Positions 63,835-64,000 of a DNA stretch of 64,000 nucleotides are shown here, piece after piece. Source of the DNA: Eledone cirrhosa (taxonomy: Eukaryota); assembly GCA_964016885.1 (NCBI GenBank), contig OZ024749.1, positions 34,658,001 through 34,722,000 on the forward strand. The letters are read 5' to 3'. The number at the start of each line of letters is the position of its first letter. Within the stretch, counting starts at the first letter, position 1. Both the position numbers and the translations under genes were made by a program. A model generated the notes under the pieces. The model was not told the DNA's origin. It saw nothing but the letters and a program-made list of their open reading frames with translations, and ran no database searches.

Positions 63835-64000
63835 GTTTGACGTCTATCTTCCACGCCAGCATGGATTAGACGGGAATTGTCCCACTTGAGGCAAGATTGG
63901 TCGAGTGACCGTGTCTTGCTCGTATAGGACTATCTGGATGCCCTTCCTAACACCAACCACATTTACAGTGTGGACTGGGAGCTTTTTACTGTGTTACCTA
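63792..64000 (-). mobile_element. RTE LINE 3' end (continues past window edge)
   Basis: (CAT)n-cgtttgacgtc...cccacttgaggcaagattgg...ggatgcccttcctaacaccaacc matches the other RTE copies. Confidence 0.9.

Overview
Repeat-dense, AT-rich eukaryotic (animal) genomic DNA, apparently intronic or intergenic. The SINE/LINE/microsatellite content looks like an octopus or other coleoid cephalopod (inference). No complete host protein-coding gene is recognisable, and nearly all long ORFs in the track are tandem-repeat artefacts. The window holds: (1) 5'-truncated RTE-clade LINE copies with (CAT)n tails and a PHD-like Cys/His finger right after the RT YADD motif; (2) a decayed RTE RT fragment and a deleted hAT (Buster/Charlie-like) transposase; (3) many tRNA-headed SINEs; (4) TTAA- and TA-bounded MITEs, several nested; (5) about a dozen minisatellites. 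The most interesting signal is a set of about eight fold-back (palindromic) elements next to (TA)n tracts, most built as a long arm with a tail plus a shorter inverted arm. Three of them, plus one solo element, carry minimal type I hammerhead ribozymes (CUGAUGA...GAAA-UAUAUA-UA). Their stem II sequences differ, yet all keep a C-C mismatch at the fourth position. A second family has a variant CAGAAGA core. The architecture fits Penelope-like pLTR remnants or a non-autonomous ribozyme-bearing retroelement. Coordinates were read by eye and may be off by a few bases.
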